From: Antedon mediterranea | Taxonomy: Eukaryota > Animalia > Echinodermata | Assembly (NCBI RefSeq): GCF_964355755.1 | Contig: NC_092680.1 | Location: 12,152,001-12,216,000 of the forward strand | Length of the DNA: 64,000 nucleotides | Direction: 5' to 3' | Shown here: in pieces, positions 52,001 through 64,000 of the stretch | Layout: each line of letters opens with the position of its first letter | How positions within the stretch are numbered: position 1 is the first letter of the stretch | Made by a program: the position numbers and the translations under genes | Notes under the pieces: generated by a model | Told to the model about the DNA's origin: nothing | The model's database searches: none | Seen by the model: the letters and a program-made list of their open reading frames with translations, nothing else

Positions 52001-53670
52001 GAGGGAACAGGAATCATTTTAGACACCTCATCAAATTTAGAAGCAGCAATGACATAATCATCACGAGAACCACAGAACTTCTTGCAATTTTCTAAGTAGA
52101 GAGCCACTCTCTCATTCCACTGCCTTGTGTGTTGTTCTAAGACTTGTTGGCGAAGCTGTGATGGACTGTTACCGAGACCGCGGTACTTTAGAAGCTGCAG
52201 GACCCGGTTGTCGCAGGCCAAGTGATACGAAAGTACATCAGGAAACTGAAGGCGATGTGCTAAATCAAGTTGCTTTAAAATGTTTTCACTCCAGCCAATT
52301 TGTCTTTGTTTGCAATTAGAGCACCTCAGTTGCTCTGTTGCAAGAAAGTAGTGGCAGTCTAAATCCAGGACCGGACGAACGATTCCATGGAGGCCGCCTG
52401 ATGTTAGTGGATAGCTCTTGCATTCTGGCCGAGGGCAGACCAGCTTAACCTGCCAAGTTTTGCGGGGCAACCAAAGAAGAAGACGATGACCGAAGTAACT
52501 GTTGGCCATGGGTATGTTTTTGTTGAGCGGATCCGGTTGAGGTGGATAATACCAAAGTTGTTTGAGTTTAGTTGAATCCAACTCTGCGGTCCCCTTCTTC
52601 GATTTCTTGAATAAGGTTTTTGAAATCCACTGCTGATCGATCTCGGGCAAGTTCTTCTTCCATTTATCTGGTATGAGACAATCTGCAAGAAAAACCAAAA
52701 CAAAATTGTATAATTAATGAAACTACATTATGTAATTTTCATTTTCTAGTTTTAAAAATCAAACAAAATAATTAAAATTACACTGAAATAAACTACCTTC
52801 ACTCTGTTTGATGGTTATTGTAGTGGATGGCATAGTACTAACAGGTTCATAAGATGTATTTGGTTGAGCTGTAAGACGGAAAATTAAAGAATATTTAGCA
52901 GTAAACTACTTTCATTCGCTATCTACAGTATGCTATAAAACAATGTATTTAAACAACACGATTTTATGATTGAGTATAAATGAATGCATAAAAAAAACGT
53001 AAACCCAGCAAGCCTACAACATACACAGGCACTAAAAATGCAAAACCTGAAATTTGTAATTTAGAAAATGCACAAAAAACACAAATATGGAATAAGTCTT
53101 ACCTGGTGCATATGAGGTTGATGGTTGCAAAGAAGCATCAAAGACATCAGTACCAGAAAGCGTTTCATCTGTGACATCCTCAAGCTTTTGTAGCTTAATA
53201 CCAACAGGTATGTACGATGTCTGTCTAGTTGGGCATTTCCTGCGGCGTTTTATTTCTTTCATTGCTATGGCTTCTTTGCCTTCTGGGAAAGACTCCAAGT
53301 ACCTCTTAAAGTTGAATTTCTTAATACTAAGTGAACTTGTACTTGGAATTTCATTAGCCATTTTAATAACAAAACATACTGCATATTCCAGTACATTTTC
53401 GACCATCCACTTGAATGTTTGTCCACTGTATTTACTATGCTGAAACTTGTAGCAGCCCAACACATCACATTCATCTTTGGTGTTTCCACCCAGCCTGCAC
53501 ACCTCCTTCAAGGCATCTTGGCGTACATCATCAGGAGTTAGACACTTGCCAGTTGGTCGTTTTCTCAAGCTGTTAAATACTACAGCAGCAGATGTATCTT
53601 CAAGAATTAAGGCACCCTCTTCACTGCGCCGAAAAGTTGGTCTGAACATACTGTACTGTCTATTGAACAC
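49056..53670 (-). pseudogene. Multi-exon DUF6729-type putative DDE transposase, frameshifted
   Basis: LLLWLPRKTWQVKLVCP..C...C..C Zn region; KIDST, YVDRDCC, LDIWH, YRCARGSTFLESFH; C-terminal CSKC...H...YC. GT-AG introns at ORF borders; frameshifts near 51290 and 50045. Confidence 0.78.
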
Positions 53671-55182
53671 CTGCAAAATTAAAAAAACTGATCAAAGGCA
53701 AAAATATATATGTAAGTAAAGTATGTGATAAAAGAAAATTTTACCCGTATAATGCCACTGTGCACCGTGCAGTTGTAGTAAATGGCTGTAAATAAAATAA
53801 AATCAAATCTAAATAAAATAAAATATCTGTGGGTTAAAATTTCTCAAGTAATAATTAATAGTAGACCAAGACTTTAAATGTAAAATATTAATAAAATGAA
53901 TTACATATAGCATTAAAACATATCTACTAAGAACAAACTATTTTATCTAAATTAAATTAAGAAAATATTACATATGAATAATTATGTTTTTTTTTCAATT
54001 AAAAAAACTATATAAAGAATTACAACATAAATTAGAGTAAATTGAATAATCTTTGTTTATTAAACAGTGTATGTATCAACTCTTTGATCCCTGAGCACTT
54101 CCTTTAATGCAATCAAATTATTTGAGAATCTTATCTAAATCCACAAATGCAGTTGATTGCCTAATTAAACGAATGCTTTAGATCAAAGAGTTGAAGCCTA
54201 CACTTAATTAAACAATCATTATAATAAAAGTTAAATTGTTTATCTATCAATTAAAAGGGTTGACATGTGAACAAGGCTTTAGTCTGTTTCCCATGGATGC
54301 TATTCTGATACAGCACACATTTAGTTTTTTATAGTTTATGTTTAGGCCTAAAATCTATTACAGGGTACATAGGCTAGTCTAACTAGTAATAGGATTGTTA
54401 AAATATTAAATAAATTAAACTTTAAAGAATAGCTTAATTACATTAAACTAAATTTATTTACTATGGGATGGTTCTACGATAAATACTAATCTAAGCCTAG
54501 GCCTAGTCTAAACTACTGTAGTAGATAAGTTTTGAAGAAAATAAATAACAGGGAGCCCTAAGTAGGTAGCATCTTACTAGGGCCTAGCCCTTACAGGCCC
54601 ATGGTTTGACTTACAATTCATGGCAACCAAAAAAGATCTAGGCCTACCTAGAGGTCTTTCTATCTAGCCTACTAGCTAGGCCTAGGCTATATAGTAAATA
54701 CATTAATTAAAGTAAGTGTCGAGTGACACTATCTAACCCTAACTAACCTATAAAGGCATGCGTTATTGTTAATACTTTATGAAATATATGTAGGCCTACT
54801 GGTAATTAGGGGGATAAGTAATAATAGCAAATGCATTTTACCACACACAGAGCAGACTACCGCCAACAAGAATTAGCGTCGGCACCCATACAAACACATT
54901 TGCTAGGCCATGGCATAGTTTCTATTGACTATGGCTGGGTTAGGCCTAGGCCAAACAAGTTATCAACACTTTAAATGCCGATTTCAAGCATGAAATCAAT
55001 TTCGCTCTTACCTTTAATGCAAGTACACGTTCGAGTTGAATACAGCTACTACCAGAATTCGCCTTGAAATTAATAATAATAAGTCTAGAGGATTTGTAAA
55101 AAGATGTTGTCGCATGTAAGTCTCTGGACAAAATCTCATCATTGTTTGTGTTGTGAAAAACTTGTTGAAGTCACATATTAAT

Positions 55183-55320
55183 TACGTCACTTTTCAGTGT
55201 TCTGATTGGTCAAAATGACAAATTTGGAACAATTTTTCTAATGCTCTGATTACGTCACTTTTCAGTGCTCTGATTGTTCAACTTTTGGAACGCTTTCCGC
55301 TGCTCTGATTGGTCAATCAG
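55183..55320 (-). promoter_or_regulatory. Putative promoter: repeated CCAAT boxes and CRE-like TGACGTAA
   Basis: Minus strand has GACCAATCAG twice and AAAAGTGACGTAAT twice, upstream of a splice donor near 55010 and of the transposase-like gene. Confidence 0.5.
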
Positions 55321-55374
55321 TTGTTCAATTCATTGTCCAATTCTACAGCACATATTGGGTTATTTGTAGCGCAA

Positions 55375-55858
55375 TAGTATGCACAGAACCCATTATTCGA
55401 CTCTGTGCATGTTTATTATGCTATAGTAAGCATTAATGTAAAAAGTGAAAGGGACGAAAATTAGCCATTTTGCGAAAACAATCCCTGTAATAGTACGGGG
55501 ATTTTTTTCAAAAGATGCCCAATTTTGAACTTTTTTATTTTTTACATAAATGCTTACTATAGCATAATAAATAACAATTGACATGCGCAGAACGCATTAT
55601 TCGACATTGCGCATGTTTATTATGATATAGTAACCATTTATTCTATAATATTGCCATTTATGCAAATTTACTGTGGTAACATAATCTTACAGAGCTATAG
55701 TAACTAGTTATGTCAAAAAATAAAAGGATCGAAATTTGGCCATTTTTGCGAAAATTTCCCTGCGGGTGACCATAGGAATTTTTTCGAAAAATGGCCAAAC
55801 TATATCAAAATTTCCACTTTTCAAAATTCGAAAATTATGCTATAATATTGCCATTTAT
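55375..55858. repeat. Right arm of the long inverted repeat (includes inverted satellite C)
   Basis: Reverse complement of ~47150-47636. Confidence 0.88.
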
Positions 55859-58800
55859 ACATAAAAACACCAAAGTGCTTAGAATAGCTTCATATCACAT
55901 TTGGAGACGTTTTAGACCATTTTGTGCATTTCGATGAAACTTGGTTACAAAAAAACATCAAAGTGCTTAAAATCACATTTGAAACCGTTTTAGACCATTT
56001 TGAGCATTTCGATAAAACTTTTCATACAAAAACACCAAAGTGCTAAGAGTAGCTTGATATCGTATTTAAAAACGTTTTAGATCATTTTGAGCATTTCGAC
56101 CAAACTTTTTCAGACAAAACATCAAAGTGTACAGAATAGCTTCAAATCGCATTTGGAGACGTTTTAGAACATTTTGTGATTTTCGAAAAAAACTTGTTAA
56201 CATAAAAATCACCAAAGTGCTTAGAATAGCTTCAAATCGCATTTGGAGACGTTTTAGACCATTTTATGATTTTCGAAAAAAACTTGTTAACAAAGAAACA
56301 CCAAAGTGTTAAAAACATCAAAGTGTAGAGAATAGCTTAAAATCGCATTTGGAGACGTTTTAGACTATTTTGGGAATTTCGAAAAAACTTTTAACACAAA
56401 AACATCAAAGAGCATAAAATAGCTTGATATCGTATTTAAAAACGTTTTAGACCATTTTGAGCATTTCGACAAAACTTTTTCACACAAAACATCAAAGTGT
56501 ACAGAATAGCTTCAAATAGCATTTGGAGACGTTTTAGACCATTTTGGGATTTTCGAAAAAACTTTTCACACAAAAACATCAAAGAGCATAAAATAGCTTA
56601 ATATCGTATTAAAAAACGTTTTAGACCATTTTGAGCATTTCGACAAAACTTTTTCACACAAAACATCAAAGTGTACAGAATTGCTTCAAATCGCATTTGG
56701 AAACGTTTTAAACCATTTTGTGATTTTCGAAAAAACTTGTTAACATAAAAACATCAAAGTGAAAAGAATAGCTTCGAATCGCATTTGGAGACGTTTTAGA
56801 CCATTTTGTGATTTTCGAACAAACTTGTTAACATAAAAACACCAAAGTGCTTTGAATAGCTTCAAATCGCATTTGGAGACGTTTTGGACCATTTTATTCA
56901 TTTCGATGAAATTTGGTTACACAAAAACATCAAAGTGCACAAAATAGCTTAATATGGTATTTGAAAACGTTTTAGACCATTTTCAGCATTTCGACAAAAC
57001 TTTTTCACACAAAACATCAAAGTATACAGAATAGCTTCAAATCGCATTTGGAGACGTTTTAGACCATTTTGTGCATTTCGATGAAACTTGGTTACACAAA
57101 AACATGAAAGTGCTTAAAATCACACTAGAAACCGTTTTAGACCATTTTGAGCATTTCAACAATACTTTTTCACACAAAACATCAAAGTGTACAGAATAGC
57201 TTCAAAGCGCATTTGGAGACGTTTTAGACCATTTTGTGATTTTCGAAAAAACTTGTTAACATAAAAACACCAAAGTGCTTAGAATAGCTTCAAATCGCAT
57301 TTGGAGACGTTTTAGACCAATTTGTTCATTTCGATGAAATTTGGTTAAACAAAAATATCAAAGTGCACAAAATAGCTTAATATGGTATTTGAAAACGTTT
57401 TAGACCATTTTGAGCATTTCGACAAAACTTTTTCACACAAAACATCAAAGTATACAGAATAGCTTCAAATCGCATTAGGAGACGTTTAGACAATTTTCAG
57501 CATTTCGATAAAACTTTTCACACAAAAACATCAAAGATCACAAAATAGCTTAATATCGTATTTTAAAAAGTTTTAGACCATTTTGAGCATTTCGACAAAA
57601 CTTAACATCAAAGTGTACAGAATAGCTTCAGATCGCATTTGGAGACGTTTTAGACCATTTTGTGCATTTCGATGAAACTTGGTTACACAAAAACATCAAA
57701 GTGCTTAAAATCACATTAGAAACCGTTTTAGACCATTTTGAGCATTTCGATAAAACTTTTCACACAAAAACATCAAAGAGCACAAAATAGCTTAATATCG
57801 TATTTAAAAACGTTTTAGACCATTTTGAGCATTTCGACAAAACTTTTTCACATAAAGCATTGGTGTTTTTATGTTAACAAGTTTTTTCGAAAATCACAAA
57901 ATGGTCTAAAACGTCTCCAAATGCGATTTGAAACTATTCTAACCACTTTGGTGTTTTTATGTTAACAAGTTTTTTCGAAAATCAGAAAATGGTCTATAAC
58001 GTCTCCAAATGCGATTTGAAGCTATTCTAAGCACTTTTGTGTTTTTATGTTAACAATTTATTTTCGAAAATCACAAAATTGTCTAAAACGTCTCCAAATG
58101 CGATTTGCAGCTATTCTGTACACTTTGATGGTTTGTGTGAAAAAGTTTTGTTGAAATGCTCAAAATGGTCTAAAACGTTTTTAAATACGATATTAAGCTA
58201 TTTTGTGCTCTTTGATGTTTTTGTGAAAAGTTTTATCGAAATGCTCAAAATGGTCTAAAACGGTTTCTAATGTGATTTTAAGCACTTTGATGTTTTTGTG
58301 TAACCAAGTTTCATTGAAATGCATAAAATGGTCTAAAACGTCTCAAAATGCGATTTGAAGCTATTCTAAGCACTTTGGTGTTTTTATGTTAACAAGTTTT
58401 TTGGAAAATCACAAAATGGTCTAAAACTTCTCCAAATGCGATTTGAAGCTATTCTGTACACTTTGATGTTTTGTGTGAAAAAGTTTTATCGAAATGCACA
58501 AAATGGTCTAAAACGTTTCCAAATGCGATTTGAAGCTATTCTAAGCACTTTTGTGTTTTTATGTTAACAAGTTTTTTCGAAAATCACAAAATGGTCTAAA
58601 ACGTCTCCAAATGCGATTTGAAGCTATTCTGTACAATTTGATGTTTTGTGTGAAAAAGTTTCATCGAAATGCACAAATTGGTCTAAAACGTTTCCAAATG
58701 CGATTTGAAGCTATTCTAAGCACTTTTGTGTTTTTATGTTAACAAGTTTATTCGAACATCACAAAATGGTCTAAAACGTCTACAAATGCGATTTGAAGCT

Positions 58801-59020
58801 ATTCTTAGCACTTTGGTGTTTTTATGTTAACAAGTTTTTTCGAAAATCACAAAATGGTCTAAAACGTCTCCAAATGCGATATGAAGCTATTCTGTACACG
58901 TTGATGTTTTGTGTGAAAAAGTTTTGTCGAAATGCTCAAAATGGTCTAAAACGTTTTAAAATACCATATTAAGCTATTTTGTGCACTTTGATGTTTTTGT
59001 GTGAAAAGTTTTATCGAAAT
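55859..59020. repeat. Satellite B, orientation switch at ~57860
   Basis: Same ~88/78-bp monomers. Confidence 0.95.
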
Positions 59021-59349
59021 ACCACCCGATTCTGCTACTGTCCACAGGTGCTATCTGTAAAACTATAGCAAGTTATACACGTTGCTGTCTGCTATAAATG
59101 CTGTACTTTTAACACACGGTACACTGTCTGTAGTACAGTGTGTGTTGACCATTTACAATGATGTACAACCATAGGCAGGTTTTAGTACTGCCATGCAAGA
59201 ATGGATAGGTGTTTTCCGCCGCTTTTAGGCCTTCTAGTCAATTATTGTTATTATTATACGAATTATGTAATTAGTCTAGTAGCTCATCTACCTTTTTAGC
59301 AGGGCATAATGAATATTGTAACTAGGCTAGGCCTACTAGTCTAGCGGGA

Positions 59350-59905
59350 AATCAACCAATTATTTGGTTGGATACGAGTTTAGGGTACGAAGTTAAGTAC
59401 GAGTTGGCATGGGTACGAGTCGACCAGGGGTGAATCGACCAGAGTACACCCGGCCGCCCTACTAGAGCATAGGCTACAGGCCTGCAGGAATGGGAAATCT
59501 GTCCTAGCTATAGGCATAGGCCTACATTGGGACGCCCAAAAAAGCCATCATATGAGCATAAAAAGGCCTCGTAGAGCCAGACATGTTAACATATACTACA
59601 CAGTACTAGTACGTCTACCATTTATTATAGTTCCATGGTACTACGGATCACTACTATCTAGGTCTAGTAGGCTAGGGTAGGGTTCCAGTAATTTCGGTCT
59701 CGTTTTTTCAGGAGTGCATGTGAGAGGTGAGGTAGGTTAGCCCAGCTAGGCTAAACTAACATGTAAGTAGTATTCTACCATGGGATGGGAACGAGTCGGC
59801 ATGGGGGTACGGGTTGATCTTTATCCGTATTCCGTAACGTACCCATGTCAACTCTTACCAAACTTGGCTAACTCGTACCCAAATAATTGGTCAACTCGTA
59901 CCAAT
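59350..59905. mobile_element. Relics of MITE-like subterminal repeats
   Basis: GGGTACGAGTTG-like motifs at 59350-59430 and their complements CAACTCGTACC at 59835-59905. No TSD found. Confidence 0.4.
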
Positions 59906-60773
59906 AGCTTTATAGCTTTATTGATAGCTGGGTTCAAATCTAGGTTGGGACGGTTTTTTCTCATTCTAAAACAGAATTCCTTATAATAATAAAATAATAT
60001 CGACCTATGAATTTAACTGTAATATTGTATTGTATACATAATATTAGTAGTAATAGTAATTCCCATTGCATTTTAATTCATTATTATAATATATTTTACG
60101 ATTACCCCTTAATTATACTATAGTATAACTTCCTTGTTATATTTTACAATATTTTCTTCATAATTCAACAATTTTTTTTCACAGCTAATTATCAAACTGA
60201 ATCATCACACACCAAATCTCATGAAATCTCTAGTGTATTTCTCCAAGCTAATCCAGCTACATGGTATTGCCTTGAGGCTAAACTACATTGTATACTGGGC
60301 ACTACCATCATTCCTGGCCCGTCAACCTGGACCACATTATGGTCCAACACAGTCGTGTACTACTGATTCCAAATAGTGAATTACATCCTGTGGTCAGTAT
60401 TTATTTGCACTTATGCTTATTTCCTCCAACATACAGAGTACGTATGGCTTTTAATTTGCTTTTATACCTGTAAAAAAATCGTTTATGCCTATTGTTGCAT
60501 AAAGATCAAATTTAGACTGTAAATACTGGGATGATCACCCTAAATTTTCTTTTTCATTTAACAATTTTATATTTCACAGCCAGAAAAAAGCATACAGAGT
60601 TTTTTTTATTCATAACTGTTGAATTGCATCCCAATACATGGTACCTATTGGTATTATATCTATAAATATAAAGTACTCTCTTATAAATAGATGTATCTCT
60701 CCAACCTATTCCAACTACCTAATTTAATAATAGTACTATTAGCATACTACTGTACACTTTGTAGACAAGAAAT

Positions 60774-62332
60774 AAGTTGTATCTACCTAGAGGACTTATG
60801 GTAGTACTGTACAGTCGATCGTCCTCTCACTGGCCTGGTCAACATAATCTATGCCTAGATTATTACAGTAATTAAAAAGTACATTATTACAGAGATTTTT
60901 TTTTTTTGCAGAAATCAAAGTTATGTGTATAGAAAGCAGTACTCGTATTAAAAACTAAGCAGGTTGTACTGAACGCAAACTGGCAGGATATTTTGAATAT
61001 TTTTTGTTCATTTTCTACGAACTGGAGACAAAGACATATTACGACCTTTTTATTTAGATTTATTTGGATAGACCTCCATGTAAATTCATTAAAGGCTATA
61101 TGATTGTTTTATATTTTAATAATGTGATAGTAGAAAACCATTGTGCATAATGAGGACTATGAATCTAATATTTACTTGCATTCTCATCTTTTTAACATTT
61201 TATTTATAATGCTGGTAATGAATTTACTATTGAAAAGGTCATGTTTCCACTTATCTCAAATGTTGGCACCCACCTCTAACCTTGGTAGAACTGACTGTGT
61301 TCTACATGAGTACATATAGTAGTGTTTCCACCAGACTACTTCAACCTGGTAATTGAATAAATTTCATTGGGGTAACATTTAAACTAATTATCACCTTTAA
61401 CATAAAGTATCCTCCTGAAACATGTATTTGTACTGTACTTCATCTAATATCCATTACTTAATACTAATTTATGTGATTTATGTCTAACTTCAGGAATGAT
61501 CTGAGGCTAGAAGAACGAATTTCTGTACACATATAAAAAATAAACCAATGTTTTCCTAATAATTTAACCCCTAGGTTGATAACTAACAAAGAAATTATTG
61601 AAATTATGTTCTCACAATATATAGGTGTACTGTATTTACATATGCATGCTGCTGTACTTGTTTTTAACCGCATAATGGCATTGAAAACAAGAATGTTTTA
61701 TAATTATTATAGGTTATTTCCAAATATTAAAGGTCTGAAACAGAAACTAAATGTTACCAAACTATGTTTTTGAAAATCTCTATGATATAATATAATAATA
61801 TGAACATAATATTAAATTATATTGATAATCATCATGTCCTTATAAATTCATTTATATTTCTTTTGTGTAATATAGTTCATATATTATGTATTAAATAAAT
61901 TGGTAAGGTATTGTTTATATTTAAGGAAAGTTTATATACACTATTATTTTATGCCTACCAATATTAGTATTAATTGTTTATGTAACTATTTTGTCTAATT
62001 GCATTGATTTTTTGTATAGGCCAATGGCATTAATGTTTTTCTCAAACCAAATTAGCCTAATAATGCCATATTTAGACACATAATTCATTGATTTCTGATA
62101 TTCTGTACTTGTGTATGCATTACTAAAATAGTAGTTATTTTATTTCATTTATAATGTATGTATAAACCTTTATTCAGGTTTTTTTTTGCGTTCAAGAGTA
62201 CAACCTGCTTAGTTTTTAATACGAGTACTGCTTTCTATACACATAACTTTGATTTCTGAAAAAAAAAAATCTCTGTAATAATGTACTTTAATTACATAGT
62301 ACTAACATAAGTCCTCTAGGTGGATACAACTT
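60774..62332. mobile_element. Unclassified foldback/TIR element
   Basis: 60774-60980 and 62185-62332 are inverted repeats (with an extra ~50 bp in the left arm). No clean TSD and no coding remnant recognised. Confidence 0.6.
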
Positions 62333-63226
62333 CATAGCGTGACAAGAAAGCGCTAGGCCCCCTAAACATTCCATCGCTTGGTGAATTTCCGCATCTGTCA
62401 TTGTCGCTATGGCATGACGTTGTTCAAGTCGGGCTTGCACGAAGAAAATAATGTAATTTGTATACAGTGTAATATAATGTTGCGTTGTTGAGGTACTAAT
62501 GAAGACTCTGACTCGCTTGACTGTCGTAACACATATATTGTTTATTCAGTATAATACTTCAGTACAATATACAACTATAAGTATAGATAAGGAACGGAGG
62601 ATCAATGATGCTGTCGGTGAGGTGTGAAGTGTGTAGGTCTGCTTCTGAAGAAGTGGCTGTGAGGTGTGTCTGGGCCCTTCTGAAACTTGGGAGTATATTG
62701 GCTCCGGTTCATTTGCATATGTCACTACGTAATCTGGGAGGGTAACGATTGGTCCTAACTTGATCCAGGGGTGTTTAAGTGGGAGTGATTGATCTTATCT
62801 GGGGAGGTTACATTGATGAATTGGCCCTGACGAATCTCTGCTTAAAACTGTCAATATCTAATTGTTTTACGATGGGAACAGTCACAAAATTAAGCTAAGT
62901 GTTTTCTTTAGGGATTCTATTATAAACTAAATGGTCATTAAAACATCTGGACAAACTCTCCTCTGGACATTCTGGGTCAAGTTTGTGAACCTCTTTGAAT
63001 TCCGATACAAAGGTCGATTTCTTAAATATAAAAGTATATCGTTATATTACAACAGTTGTAAATAAAGATGATTTTCATAATATAAAAATAGATATTTCAT
63101 TCTTAAATATCTGGCTAATATAACAACTCAATGACTGTTAAGTTTTTCATAAACATCGTTTAAAAAACATTTAGTCAAACATTTCACTTCGGGGGACCAA
63201 AGAATTTTTTTTGAAAAATGGCCAAA

Positions 63227-64000
63227 GATCAGCGAGAGAGAGAGATAGATCAGCGAGAGAGAGAGAGATAGATCAGCGAGAGAGAGAGATAGATCAGCGA
63301 GAGAGAGAGAGATAGATCAGCGAGAGAGAGAGATAGATCAGCGAGAGAGAGAGAGAGATAGATCAGCGAGAGAGAGAGATAAATCAGCGAGAGAGAGAGA
63401 GAGAGATAGATCAGCGAGAGAGAGAGAGAGAGATAGATCAGCGAGAGAGAGAGAGAGATAGATCAGCGAGAGAGAGAGAGAGAGATAGATCAGCGAGAGA
63501 GAGAGAGAGATAGATCAGCGAGAGAGAGAGATAGATCAGCGAGAAAGAGAGAGAGATAGACCAGCGAGAGAGAAAGATAGATCAGCGAGAGAGAGAGAGA
63601 GATAGATCAGCGAGAGAGAGAGATAGATTGATCAGCGAGAGAGAGATAAATCAGCGAGAGAGAGATAGATCAGCGAGAAAGAGAGAGATAGATCAGCGAT
63701 AGAGACATAGATCAGCGAGAGAGAGAGATAGATCAGCGAGAGAGAGAGATAGATCAGCGAGAGAGAGAGATAGATCAGCGAGAAAGAGAGAGAGAGAGAG
63801 AGAGATAGATCAGTGACAGAGAGATAGATCAGCGACAGGGAGATAGATCAGCGACAGAGAGATAGATCAGCGACAGAGAGATAGATCAGTGAGAGAGAGA
63901 TAGATCAACGACAGAGAGATAGATCAGCGAGAGAGAGAGATAGATCAGCGACAGAGAGATAGATCAGCGAGAGAGAGATAGGTCAGCGAGAGAGATATAG
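63227..64000. repeat. Compound GA minisatellite GATAGATCAGC(GA)n
   Basis: Unit of about 19-30 bp with a variable GA tract, running to the window end. Confidence 0.97.

Noticed and set aside
45301-55887. 29-bp TSD around the satellite C/transposase unit (45301-45329, 55859-55887)
   Set aside because: It has one mismatch and is generic satellite B monomer sequence, so it cannot be distinguished from chance overlap.
62490-62555. Second hammerhead-like motif (CTAATGA...GTAAC)
   Set aside because: Both core boxes deviate from CUGANGA/GAAA and the stems are weak; at most a dead relic.
63227-64000. Telomeric repeat
   Set aside because: The variable-length compound unit does not resemble a telomerase repeat such as TTAGGG or TTAGG.

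Overview
AT-rich, intron-containing eukaryotic (probably marine invertebrate) heterochromatin-like window with no intact host gene. Three tandem-repeat families (a ~260-bp tRNA-derived satellite A, an ~88/78-bp A-tract satellite B and a ~180-bp palindromic satellite C) and a terminal GA-rich minisatellite are interrupted by deeply nested mobile elements. These are: a 2.2-kb TIR element with a CACAGTG end; a 13.5-kb Chapaev/RAG1-like element holding Kolobok-, MULE- and Harbinger-type non-autonomous elements and a young Gypsy (Mag-like) LTR retrotransposon; a full-length Tx1/L1 LINE holding nested Helitrons and a Penelope-like fragment with a hammerhead ribozyme; and an intron-containing DUF6729-type putative DDE transposase pseudogene between inverted satellite arms. 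Most notable are (1) a TATA/A-box/B-box/oligo-T Pol III-like cassette in the satellite A monomer, (2) bipartite TIRs with 21/11-bp spacers, resembling 23/12 RSS asymmetry, on the Chapaev/RAG1-like element, and (3) the foldback-like DUF6729 unit. All calls were made by eye; no database searches were run.
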